DNA of 63,621 nt, filler included, from Nemertoderma westbladi (Eukaryota > Animalia > Xenacoelomorpha), in the NCBI GenBank assembly GCA_032718475.1. It is 3 parts of 3 records of this genome, joined end to end, with 100 filler letters (N's around TTAATTAATTAA, not from the genome) between each part and the next. Parts side by side here need not be neighbours in the genome. Positions count along the whole stretch, not along the records: positions 1 to 25,775 come from JAUCBJ010002422.1; 2 more parts are not named here. One strand, 5' to 3'. The position numbers and the translations under genes are program-made. Below the pieces are notes generated by a model. The model worked only from the letters and a program-made list of their open reading frames with translations, searched no databases and was not told where the DNA came from. Below, in pieces: positions 12,251 to 24,385 of the stretch (position 1 is its first letter; each line of letters begins with the position of its first letter).

Positions 12251-12946
12251 GCCATTATTGGTTCTCTGAAGAAGATAAGCAATGCGAATCTCATTACGCC
12301 TCTCCTCAACAAGTCAACCCCACCGACTAGCGGCTCTGGCTGTTTCCGCTGACGGGTCTCAGTTGAACAACGCGTCCTTTGGGATCTGGGATTTGGGATT
12401 AACGTTTTTGTTTATATTTCAACAAACGAACAAAGATTATATAAATGAATACTGTAGAGTTATTGCCCAGGCCAAATGACCTTTACACGACCTATGGTCA
12501 AGCATATTGTTCGATCTTCCTTGGACATGTGGTATGTACAGTAATACATATTTGTGCCATTAAACGTTAATCTTCTATGAACCTAATATCCTCCTTAGTC
12601 AATTGGCAGAGGTAATTATTATTGGTTTCACAGTGGCTGACTGATTTCCCCATTCCTTTGTGGTGGTTGTGTGTATTAGAGCAAACACTAGCATACCTCA
12701 GCTCAGCCCAGCCTATCGTTGCTAAGACAACACCCTTTCAGAATACATGCTGTTTCTGTTGGTAGCAGGTAAGAACAGGAGACACACCTAAAGTTAAACA
12801 TGTCTTTCACTGCTCAGCACACTATCCCAGGTTATCACTGCAGTCTGGCAGTACAGCGGTGTGCGTACAGTGCGTACAGTGGTATTATATTGATTTTTAT
12901 AGAAATGTATTTCCAGCTGAGAATTCTATATTACAGTTCTGCAGTT

Positions 12947-13207
12947 CGCCCATGTGAATAATACCAGGATTTCACTTTTCCGTCGACTTTTTATTGGAAA
13001 TTTATATATGAAGATTTTTTATTTTTTTTAACAAAACAGCGCTTATTTCTGTCTTAAAACCTGTACATGTACTAATTCGTTTATTGTTTTGGTTAGATTC
13101 AGCCCTTCTGTAACCTGTGTTTTTGGTGAAAACCTGGTATTCTTCACATGGGGGTAACTGCAAAGTGAAATATAACGGCAGAAAGTCTGGTATTCTTCAC
13201 ATGGGCC
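12947..13207. mobile_element. MITE with 8-bp TSD (ctgcagtt)
   Basis: TIR cccatgtgaa..taccagg / ctggtattcttcacatgggcc; ctgcagtt at 12939-12946 and 13208-13215; second copy at 19544-20012. Confidence 0.85.
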
Positions 13208-13319
13208 CTGCAGTTTGCAGTTGAATAATACTAGTAGTAGTGTTTTATTATTAATTTTTAAAGAGGCGTTTTCGTTAAGATATTCAATTATCTTAATATT
13301 TAATTTTCATACTTTCTTT

Positions 13320-13754
13320 GGTGATGTTTTGCTGTGGGTTTCGCATGAAGACTATTGAGATTAGAGCAGATTGGTATGGAGAAAGTGGCAAAAAAGAATT
13401 TGTCTGATTTTATAAGGATACCAAATTAATAATTTATGATTATGCATATGTGGACTTGATAAGTACGTAACTAGCCGTCGTCCCCATGAATGGTTGTTCA
13501 TGGTAGATAAATTCCATGTAAAAGGCCATAAATCACTACAGTGTAAACCTGGTGGAGTCAATTACTTTTCTCATTCAAAGTTTCTGGAATACGAGCACAT
13601 TAATTCTTCTGCAGCTGAACAATTTAACAAAAAGGCCAATCGTTCGAAGTCTACACTTAACTTTTGTTCGAAAAATATGTTTTACTTTTTCCTGCAATCT
13701 TATATAGTTTTCTATATTACATATATTGCATTAAACTTTGTTTTTCCCTACTAA
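13320..13754 (+). pseudogene. KDZ (Kyakuja/Dileera/Zisupton)-type transposase, C-terminal part, frameshifted
   Basis: Reconstructed reading GES...LIIYDYA/(C)GLDKY...VDKFHVKGHKSLQC...INSSAAEQFN fits the KDZ pattern ES...YDxAC...DxFHxxxH...C...NxxxxEQxN; there is an in-frame stop and an apparent 2-nt shift near 13447. Confidence 0.7.
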
Positions 13755-13839
13755 TACTTTTCATAATATTGGTTATTGTCGGTACATTAAATACAATTCG
13801 CATAATACCGGGTACTGTATTATTATATATATTATGGAA

Positions 13840-14975
13840 GATGTCTAGAATGCTGCAATATACAACGAATAAATCTCAATTTGCTGGTTGTACAAGTGGG
13901 CAGATAGCTATTCAGTTGATAAGTGCAACGTCAGTTATAATGGGAAAAGCAATAGTTAAACTTACTGATAATTGGTATGAGCCAGTCTTGGTATGGGAAT
14001 GTAATATAGCGCAAAGTGGCTCCAATAAAAGTGCTGGGAGTAATGAATTGTGTGAAAGCATGAGGTTATTTGATGATGTGGGATACTATACTGACTTTAC
14101 TATTGAAAAACTTTTGGCTGATCTGTCAACTAAAAACAGTAGAGCAACCTTGTTTTACGACGAGGGAAAACTATTCTTAAACCAAACAGGAAGAGACAAG
14201 GCTCTGAAATCACGGGCACATTTGAATAGTCTGTATGGGGGTGGTTCAGTAGTTAAAGATACTGTAAGTGGTGGCAAAATGGAAACTGAGTCTACGCGAG
14301 TTGCTGTGTTGATGAATATACAGCCGGGCCCATTCATAGATAAATTATTGGGAGATGATAACAATGATGGTTTAGCATCACGATTTTTATTGGCCTTTAA
14401 AGAAGATCGCGAAGTGAGAACGTTTGAAAGTTTGAAATCTATTCCAAAGTATAGACTAAAATCGCTGATATAATAAGCGCTGTACATAATTCTGCAGAGG
14501 GGATGGAATTTGTCTTTTCAGAAATAATGCTGAACAAGAGTTTGCAGCATTCCACAATGATCACGAAGAAAGAATTAAAAGCCGTGATAAAATGAAAGTA
14601 GATGTGATTCGCGATGCATTAAGTAAGAATAAAGGTATGGTGGCACGTATTAGTGCATGCATTCATGTCCTTGAACTGGTCTTCAGTGGGAAACCTATTG
14701 ATAATGAAATAATGGGCAGCGATATTCAATATGCTATTGAACTGGTTCAGAATAGTGAGAACGCTCTTACAGTTCTAAGTGAATTAGGATACAACATACA
14801 TGAAGAAGAAAAAAGTAAAGATCTTATCAACAATTTAAAACGTAATGTCGACAAAACACTTAAGGCCAACAAGAGCTTTACATACCAGACAATGAACGAT
14901 CGTTGTTCTTCAATGCTAAAAGCTTTCAATATATCATCTGAAGAAGAATGGATATCACTTATGCAACGTCATTGA
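13840..14975 (+). pseudogene. DUF3987/YfjI-like P-loop ATPase (putative helicase), disrupted near 14471-14520
   Basis: Walker A-like AQSGSNKS, TIEKL, Walker B LFYDEG, IQP and DGLASRFL; the downstream frame gives AEQEFAAFHN...SKNKGMVARISACIHVLE...AIELV, as in the C-terminus of this family. Confidence 0.75.
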
Positions 14976-15179
14976 AATCCCAAACGCTTAGAGGAAATAG
15001 GATTTGTTTCCAAGTTGAACAGTAAATTCTAACTAATTTCATATCTATCTATGTATCACATTGTTATACTGTAATTCATATATATATCGGCTTATAACTC
15101 ATATATAGAGGCATATTATACTCTTCTACCTCAAGTCATTTATCGGTAAATCCGCATTTCATTTTTGTATTCATGCATA

Positions 15180-16083
15180 TGCCTTTGTAACCAATTCTTT
15201 TTCTAACCTGCATAAACATGTGACACGAGTTATCTTTCGTTTATTATTTTGGTTTCATCCACCCAGCTCTGTTACCTGTTCCTTTACTAACCTGCATAAG
15301 CACGTGACACGTGTTATCTTTCGTTTATTGTTTTGATTCTATCTACATGCTTCTGTAACCTGCTCCTTTACTAACCTGCATAATCTTGTAACGCGTGTTA
15401 ACTATCGTTTATTGTTTTGGTTCTATCTACAGGCCTCTGTAACCAGCTCCTTTACTAACCTGCATAATATTGTAACACGTGTTAACGTTAACTATCGTTT
15501 CTTGTTTTTGTTCTATCTGCCCGCCTCTGTAACCTGCTCCTTTACTAACCTGCATAATCTTGTAACACGTGTTAACTATAGTTTATTGTTTTGGTTCTAT
15601 CTACATGCCTCTGTAACCAGCTCCTTTACTAACCTGCATACTCTTGTAACACGTATTAACTATCGTTTATTGTTTTGGTTCTATCTGCCCGCCTCTGTAA
15701 CCTGCTCCTTTACTAACCTGCATAATCTTGTAACACGTGTTAACTATCGTTTATTGTTTTGGTTCTATCTGCTCGCCTCTGTAACCTGATCCTTTACTAA
15801 CCTGCATAATCTTATAACACGTGTTAACTGTCGTTTATTGTTTTGATTCTATCTGCCTGCCTCTCTAACCTGCTCCTTTACTAACCTGCATAATCTTGTA
15901 ACATGTGTTAACTATCGTTTATTGTTTTGGTTCTTTCTACCCTCCTCTATAGCCTGCTACTTTACTAACCTGCATAATCTTATAACATGTGTTAACTATC
16001 GTTTATTGTTTTGGTTCTATCTACATTCCTCTGTAATCTGCTCCTTTACTAACCTGCATAATTTTATAACATGGGTTAACTAT
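15180..16083 (+). repeat. 84-bp tandem repeat, about 10-11 units
   Basis: Unit gttaactatcgtttattgttttggttctatctgcccgcctctgtaacctgctcctttactaacctgcataatcttgtaacacgt. Confidence 0.93.
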
Positions 16084-16088
16084 CACAA

Positions 16089-16610
16089 GTACCTTATTCC
16101 CAAATCCCAAATACCTTAATCCCAAATCCCAAATACCTTAATCCCAAATACCTTATTCCCAAATCCCAAATACCTTATTCCCAAATCCCAAATACCTTAA
16201 TCCCAAATCCCAAATACCTTATTCCCAAATACCTTAATCCCAAATCCCAAATACCTTATTCCCAAATCCCAAATACCTTATTCCCAAATCCCAAATACCT
16301 TAATCCCAAATACCTTATTCCCAAATTCCTTATTCCCAAATCCCAAATACCTTATTCCCAAATCCCAAATACCTTAATCCCTAATCCCAAATACCTTATT
16401 CCCAAATACCTTAATCCCAAATCCCAAATACCTTATTCCCAAATCCCAAATACCTTAATCCCAAATACCTTATTCCTAAATACCTTAATCCCAAATACCT
16501 TAATCCCAAATACCTTATTCCCAAAACCCAAATACCTTATTCCCAAATCCCAAATACATTATTCCCAAATCCCAAATACCTTAATCCCAAATTCCTTAAT
16601 CCCAAATACC
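16089..16610 (-). repeat. Right subterminal array (tcccaaa / cccaaataccttat)n, inverted relative to the left array
   Basis: Reverse complement of the 11940-12250 motifs. Confidence 0.92.
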
Positions 16611-17747
16611 ACATGGTATTTGCGTCCAGTTTCCCCCCCTGTCTCCTAAAAGGTGTGAACGCATATTAGAATGTTAAATATGTATCGCAGCAGAACGAAC
16701 AATGATGCTATAACCTACAGTAGGAATGCAGTAGTATAGTCGGGACAATGCATTTGATTATTTATTACTGTAGAAGGAGACCATTAGTGCATAGGGGAAA
16801 TACCAGGGGACTCACGGCTGAGAGGAAGTAGCTAGCAATTTGTATACGAAAGGTGGAGGTGTAACCTCTTATATTGTTCAGTACTGTAACTTATATTGTG
16901 TTATTGGTGAATAAGCTACTTCGCACCGTACGTGCAATAGCATTGTTGGTGAACAATATTATCTAGTAAATGCCATTATATCACAAGTCAACAAGAACCC
17001 TCTTATTTATTACACTGCTTCCGGGGTCTAACACATACCCTCGACAGGTCACTCGTTGGACCGACGGCAGGTTCCCTGAGCGAAACCGGAAGGCACGTGG
17101 GAAGGGAGGTAGGCATTTCTACTAGGGAGCGCATGTGGAATCGTATAAGGGTCTTTCAAAGATCTCACCCACTCGATGGTCTGGCTGCCACTGGAGAGCC
17201 AAAGGCTCGACAGAGTCTTATGAGGAATAAATAATGCAGCCTTTTTAACGGAACTTAGCAAACTAAAATAAACACCAAAGTAAAACCTCATAAGATAGCA
17301 TTGAAAACGGATGGGGTGGGGCGGGTTGACCTCAGGTGACTATGAAATGAATAACAACAGTTATTACAAGCTTTCTCCCAACAGGGCTTCTTCAGGTAAT
17401 TAAATTTGCATATTTACAGACACTGCACTAGACTACAGACTAAATGCTAACAATACAGTCGACTAACTACTAAGTACCGGTACTGGAAATACTACATACT
17501 GACTGTTGTCTAATTACTGATATAAAGAACTTTAAGCACCAAGAATTAATTACGAAGAAAGGTTAACGGAATGATAAAGATAGTTGAAATTGGAAAATAA
17601 GATGGTTAAATTGAAAAATAAAAAATTAATGCACCGAACTAAGGATGGTTACTTTTGGAAAATAGGTAAATGGAATTCTGGCGGAGAGCAAATTTGGAAA
17701 CCGAAATAATTTACCACCCCCCCCCCCCCCCCCACAATTGTAGATTA

Positions 17748-18240
17748 TCACCAACCAGTATCAAACTCATTTGCGTACTGTACGTTTATGGCAGGTGTGA
17801 GGCGATTGATGAGTACACGTTCGGTTAGTTTCCTGTCGGCCCAATCTTTACATCGTCGTAGTATTTTGGCGGTGAAAGGGTGTTGTGTGCTTGTTAGTGT
17901 GGGGTGCTTGTCAGCGTAGTGTGCTCCGACTGAAGTCTTACCTGAACCTTGGTTCTTTTTGCGTATGGCATTACGGTGTGACATTATGCGTCCCCTTGTC
18001 TGAGAGGACGTTTCACCTATATAGTCGTCGGTACAGTTGGTACATTTGACATGGTACACGGTATTCTTATCGGTGCAGTTAGTGACCCCATGTGTACATG
18101 CGTAACATGTGGTGTTAGGGGGCGCTGGGCATCGGGGTGGGTTGAGTCTGGATTTAATTAGGATGTTTCTGAGTTTTGGGCCTGTAGTTGACACCACCCT
18201 TGTGTTGTGTGCGAAAGGTGAATTATGAATAGCTTCCCTA
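17748..18240 (-). mobile_element. Penelope-like element 3' fragment (GIY-YIG endonuclease)
   Basis: CxxC...VYHVKCTNCTDDYIGETSS..R...H, AHY..H, E..LI...P.IN. Confidence 0.88.
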
Positions 18241-19543
18241 GACTAGCAACTTTATGAATCTGCAAAGATCTTGAATGATCATGCTATGGCCGTGGGATAC
18301 CTGCAAAGATCTTAATGCATTATAATTCTGTCAAGATCATGACATGATCTTGGCAAGATCGTTAAAGACTTGAACCGGTAAGTGACAATTTTTAGGTATT
18401 TTAATTTATTTTCTACACATGGTGCATTTACTATAATCTCCTAACCCATGAGTCAATTAATAGTTAAGTGTTTGCGAAATAGCAACAAAGTTGCTTATCT
18501 ACACAGATCTTGCTACGATTCAAAGCCAATCTACTAAGATCATAACACAATCATGACAAGATCGCCTAAGTTACACATATATTCGTACCTGAAATTATCT
18601 TCTACAGTACTACAGTATACTATCTACTGCACATTCATGGCGCTAAAACATGGTAATTAAACTTAAATTTGCACTGGGCCCTGCGGGAAGGGAGATTAAT
18701 AGTGCGGGATAAGGATGTGGGCTGGGGGTGGGGGGTTGAGAGTTTGGTAGTAAAGTGGTAAGAGCAACTGAGAAAATATTGAGTAAGTAGGAGTAAGAAT
18801 GTAAGATAATATGCGGGGGGGGGGGGGGGGGGGTTGTTTGGTGAGATTTGCGAAATTACAGTACAGAAATTACATAAAATTATTTTATCAACATTCCCTG
18901 CTGAAGACAATCCCATTTTAACACATCCTTTCATGAAATGGAATATATCTAAATCTACTTTTATTGTAACCAACCATATCTATCATGAATTTCTCTCCTA
19001 TACTATACTTTTGTTTATGTCTACCTCAACCCAGCACCAGCAACAGCGCAAAGAGACAAGACAGAGAGGGACATCGATCAATATGGCCTCAAGACAATAG
19101 AGTTAGTTTATAGCTTACATTAACCTTCAAACCCCACACTACTAAACTGTACAGTGGATAATACTGCCTAGAGAAATTTTCCGCCAATAATCAACAATTT
19201 TAAAACTATTTCCTTACAACAATCCTGCAATTTCCAGCAGTCAGAGTTAACTCTGTTTCCATCTCTTCATTTCAAATAATAACTATTAATTTATTTTCCA
19301 TTTTCTGCATTACTGTATTACAGTATATTGATTGGTACTGTATATTCGAATTTGGCTTGCTATGTACATGAACAATGCTGCAATGTGTTACTAACTCATT
19401 AATTGTACTTTAAATCTTTAAAACTTTAAATTGATAGGCCTATTAGATGGGGCGATTCGGTTTTTTTTGTTTTATATTGGCCTGCAACAGCGGAGTATGG
19501 GTTATTTAATATTAACCGTAGAATGTTAGATGGCCTCTAGGCT

Positions 19544-20012
19544 CTCCCATGTGAAGAATACATACCAGGATTTCAATTTTCGGTCGACTTTTTGTTGGAA
19601 TTTTAGGCCTATATTTATATTTATAGTTTACTTTTAAGTTTTCGAGAATCCGGCCATATATTACATTTTATAATCACAATAATAATTTACTTATATACAG
19701 TATTTCCGTACCATTATTTCTATTGTACTGTTGTACTGTACTAGTGCTTATTCGTAGTTATGATTATCACTATGTACGTTAATAATATTTTTAATATTTT
19801 TAATTTTTTTAAATTTATCTTTATTAAGTGTTTTATAACGCTTATCTCTTTCTTATAACCTGTAAATATACTAATTCGTTTATTGTTTTGGTTAGATTCA
19901 GCCCTTCTGTAATCTGTGTTTTTGGTGAAAACCTGGTATTCTTCACATGGTGATGGGAGTAACTGCAAAGTGAAATATAACGGCAGAAAGTCTGGTATTC
20001 TTCACATGGGCC
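19544..20012. mobile_element. MITE with 8-bp TSD (tctaggct), same family as 12947-13207
   Basis: Same termini and internal sequence with a longer AT-rich middle; tctaggct at 19536-19543 and 20013-20020. Confidence 0.85.
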
Positions 20013-21918
20013 TCTAGGCTTGTGATTAGTGATTTATCACAAGCCATCTAACATTCTTAATTTCAACTTATCAGTTGAAGTGGAAAACCGGACAGAATGT
20101 GCGTGTTCGAGGACTGCTGGTCAAAATTCTGTCGGTAACATCGAAATCCCATGGAGAAAGTCTTAAGTTGGATGAATATGGGACAGAAGATTTAGAGGAA
20201 CCTGTGAACACAATGATGGATGAATATGTTGGAAATGCTGATGATGATAGCGATGAACAAGATGATAGGTGGAATAGTAAACGCGTTAAAAGGAAAAATA
20301 AAAGATACAGGAGTTGCGATATCGATTCAGGCGATAGAAAAGATAATTACACACCAGCAGCTGCATTAGCAAACGGTGGGATATTTCTTTGATTTATTTA
20401 TATTTTTATATTAATTTATATTTAGTGTGATATATTTGATTTCAGTTTGGTTAATATTATTTTTAATATTATTTGGTTAATGTTATATTAATGCCATCGC
20501 TCTCTAAGTTTGGAGTTTAATTTTAAGCCCAGAGGAAGTGATTTCGACTATCATCGAACCTGACTCGACTGGGAACACATATCGAGTAGCGGCACCAGGT
20601 GACAAGATTTCGCAGCTTAAAGGTAAGTTTTACTACTGTAATACAGTACAATTTTAATACTGTGCTGGCAGTTTGAACATGTGCTATGTTTATGTATAAC
20701 TTTATGAGACGGGTGACAACTTATTTATAAGCTTACAGAGACTAAGACTTACTATTAACATTTATGGGGGCCTGTTATTTATCTAAATTTCCTCGTGATG
20801 ATGATTGTTTAATTACTCTAAGTTACATATATTTGAATCGGGATGGGGCTATTTTATTATATTTAATAAATACACAATATTCTGGAACATTTGCTTATCT
20901 AATATGAAGCTGGGCAACAATGCAATGTCACTATAATAATAGGCCTACTGGTATTGAATCACGACACTAATTCCAGGGCATGGTGTATTATTATTAGACA
21001 TGAAGCAAATAGTGTTCCTACTACTGTAGTAGCGGTACGTACTGTACTTTTATACATTTAAAACCCATAATCAAATTGGGAAACATCAACTTTACGTATA
21101 ATTTTCTGGCTTTAAGTAATAGAACCCGTATGTAAGCTTCCTTACTCTGCCCTGTGTGAAAGTATTAATTACTGACAATTAAATTACAGGAGAATAAAAT
21201 AAATAAATATAGTAGGCCCTAGAGTAATTGTCTTTGAAGCGGTCGCATGATGCATGCGCGCGCATGCCACATAGTTTGGGGTTCCCTTGATAAATTTAAA
21301 TGATTTCTGTTCATTTAGTATTCGAAAAATTGGTCTGAGACCTACAGTATTATTTATGTTTTTTTAGTTTTAGTCATTACTCATAGAATCCTCTTATCAA
21401 GGCGTGATACGTCCACTTGATTCGTCCGTGTCGGTTGGGGCTCTCTCATAATAAAACAATTCATGTATAATATGCATCGTGATTTAATTTTATTTACAGC
21501 CTTGATCCGGAAAAGATTTAATCAGAATACCGTAATGTTTGTAAACAATATTTGGTCTAAATTACGAAGATCATTGAATCAGAAGGGCAATGATTCCAAC
21601 GAAAGAAAATGAGCTTTGACTCGAAAACGAAGACTTGAAAATGAGATTAACTGGATTAACGGTCGACGTCACGGTTTTTTCAGCATCTATTTATATTATA
21701 ATTTGGGAAATTCCAACAAAAAGTTCTACTTTTTTAACATTAAAAGTTTTATATGCAGTTTTTCATCAGACGTTGTTTTCTAACATTATAATTTTGGAAT
21801 AAGAGTACATAAATACTTGTTGGAAAGTACATTACTTACAAAGATGTAATTAAACTCGTCTTAACAGAACTAATATCTTATTATATAAAAGTGTAAATAA
21901 ATATCAATTAACTTACAG

Positions 21919-22600
21919 ATGCGTTACAACAGGGAAGTTGTTCTCGTTGGTTTTACGAACGGCGGCCGAGGTGGGGACTACTTTATCGTTCCGGCGCGAC
22001 GTAACTATCGGGGCGTATGTCGCCATCATTAAGCCTCGCTACGAAGGAGAAACGCGGTCGTGTCGACCCTCGACGTCGTCGTCCCCATGATGGTCTGCGC
22101 CGCCGACCTCCAGGTATTTCCCTTGATGTCGTCATATATTGACTGTTCTATGAGCAGCTTCGCAATAGAGTCGACGTTGGAGGTAGTTTTATTCGGGTTA
22201 GTGGGAGCCGCTTGTCCGGGTCCGCTGTGTTACTCCCACTCGCCAGGGAACTGATGCTGCATGACCGGCGCTTCGAGCAGCATTTAGGTTATGCAGCTGG
22301 AGCTAGCGGGCCCGGGCTTCATCGATCTGCCCATGGCGCCCCTTCGCTCCCACGCCTTCACAACGTTGTTTGTAACAGATGAGACATTGTCAACCATGTT
22401 GACAGCGTTACCGGACGTCGACATCGACCAACTGGACGAATTCGTCTCGAATTCCATTGGGGGAGTAAACAACTCCGGCGGCTGGTATGTTGTCGGTTGG
22501 GTGAAGCCCCGACAGAGTGCCGGCAGTGAACTCCCATCACTGCCGGTGATTCATATACAGATATATCTTCGGCGACGGCGAAAAACAACGTCATAATAGA
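21919..22600 (+). pseudogene. Disrupted GC-rich coding segment of an unidentified protein family
   Basis: Follows an acceptor-like ttacAG; ORFs 22060-22254 and 22291-22596 are in one frame separated by stops; motifs IGAYVAIIKP, CPGPLC..CC and NNSGGWYVVGWVK. Confidence 0.45.
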
Positions 22601-22895
22601 GCGGCGGCATATTCAGTTGGCCGTGACTGCACCGGTGATACGGGTGCCGCTGTAGCTGCCCAGGGTGGCATTGGTAATGTTGCGGGCGATTGCGTACCAC
22701 CAGCTGCTGGAGGTGGTCAGGTACAGAGCGACATTGCTGGTGACGGTGTACCACCGCCCGCTGGAGCTAGCGAGGTTGCCGTAGATGCGGTTTAATCGTT
22801 CCAGTCATTCATCATAATCAACATCCAGACTTAGTTTCTATGAACTTTATATTTAAAATATGTTACCCATTATCACTACTGCACTAGGTATATAT

Positions 22896-23435
22896 TCTGT
22901 TACCTGGGATCATGGATCTGGAAGTCAGGGAGGACCTTCGAATACGTAAGGGAAAGGCATGGGCAGCCTTGAATAGGCTTTCCAGGATTTGGAGGTCACA
23001 GTATCCATCACAGTATAAAAGTCGCAAATCTCTGGATGGCACATTCACAAGAATGCTACGCTGCGTTCATTGTATCAAGTACAATGCACACATCTCCAAC
23101 CAGACACTATATAACATTGGAGGTGTCTCATTGGTTCCTCCAAGCTTGACACTAGAACAAAATCGCCTCCACTTTGCAGGACATTGCTTTCGCCGTGAGG
23201 ACCAGCCAGTGCATATTCTTGTACTTTGGCAGCCTCATGGAGTGAATAAGCATGGTGGACAGCCTATGACTTTCTTGAGACGCATCTTAAAGGACACTGG
23301 CCTTGAAGATGCGGATGATCTAGCAAATGTCATGGGTGATAGGGAGTTGTGGCGGCGTAATTTTGTTGACAAGCCGGCACAGCATTCTTAAAAATGCAGC
23401 TGCAATGCAGCATGCCAATACTAGTAGTAGTAGTA
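22896..23435 (+). mobile_element. RTE-like LINE 3' portion with an internal deletion
   Basis: Matches 33085-33698 (YLGSW, RIRKGKAWAA, FAGHCFR); ends in (tag)n. Confidence 0.9.
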
Positions 23436-23436
23436 G

Positions 23437-24110
23437 ACCACATGATATGTTCACAATTTTCAATTCTGAGACCTTTGTCTACGAACTTAACAAGCCTTGA
23501 TGTAATGAGCGATGCTTGTAATTCCAGTCTTGGTATGTTTAACTTGACTTTGCTTGTTTTTATAGGTTTGCTTAATTTTGAATGTGATGCTATGAGTTGT
23601 ACTGATATTGAACCATCAATGAATGTAGATCTCACATATACTGCCGCAGCCGCTGCATATATGTCTTTACTGGCATCTCCAAATCCATGGATTTGAGTTG
23701 AGACGTTCTCGCTGATCTTATTAAATAAATATCTTGGTATCCGAACTTCGTTAATAAGTCGTAATGTTTTCATCTATTCATTCCATTGCTTTAGAATAGA
23801 TGGTGGTAATTCGTCATTCCAATCAGCCTTTTCTACACAAAGTTCATGGAAGGCAATTTTCATTTTTGCTGTAAATAAGACCTAGACCTAGACCTAGAGG
23901 ATCATATAAACGAGCAAATAATTGAAGAACGGCTCGTTTGCATGGTTTAATTGAAGATATAAAGTTGTGAACATGTGATACATTATATCCGAGTTCGTTG
24001 TTGTCAAGGTCCCATATTTGTCCAAGTACTCGAGTTAAACATGTAGATTGCTCTGGTCTAGAAAGTGATATAGATGATTTGGCATATGTTTGGTCTTCGG
24101 CACTTTTTCG
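23437..24110 (-). mobile_element. BEL/Pao LTR retrotransposon pol fragment (RT end/RNase H)
   Basis: VLGQIWD, KRAVL..ARLYDPLG, HGFGDASKDIYAA.VYVR, IPRLELQA. Confidence 0.9.
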
Positions 24111-24127
24111 GTATTGGGGCCCCATTT

Positions 24128-24385
24128 TTTGGATATTTTTGCTAGCTAGTATTTTTAGAAATTATAAAAAATGTGAAAGTCCATGATATTTCAGGTTAAA
24201 CTGTTGAAGAATATATTAATGACCAAAATAATTTCCAAAAATTACTAGCTAGTAAAAAATACTAGCATTATACCATAAAAAATCTTTTTGCTAGCTAGTA
24301 TTTTTAGAAATTATAAAAAATGTGAAAGTCAATGATATTTCAGGTTAAACTGTTGAAGAATATAGTATTAATGACCAAAATAATT
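24128..24385 (+). repeat. About 150-bp period tandem duplication
   Basis: ttttgctagctagtatttttagaaattataaaaaatgtgaaagtc...atgaccaaaataatt occurs twice. Confidence 0.8.

Larger units (their letters stand above)
11904..16641 (+). mobile_element. TIR-bounded composite DNA element with inverted telomere-like subterminal arrays
   Basis: Left end caggggaaactggacgcaaat (11904-11924); right end atttgcgtccagtttccccccctg (16618-16641); tctc on both flanks; internal transposase-like and ATPase-like reading frames. Confidence 0.75.

Noticed and set aside
20075-20392. Acidic/basic 105-aa ORF
   Set aside because: Non-ATG start, low complexity and no identifiable domain; it could be an exon but this cannot be supported.
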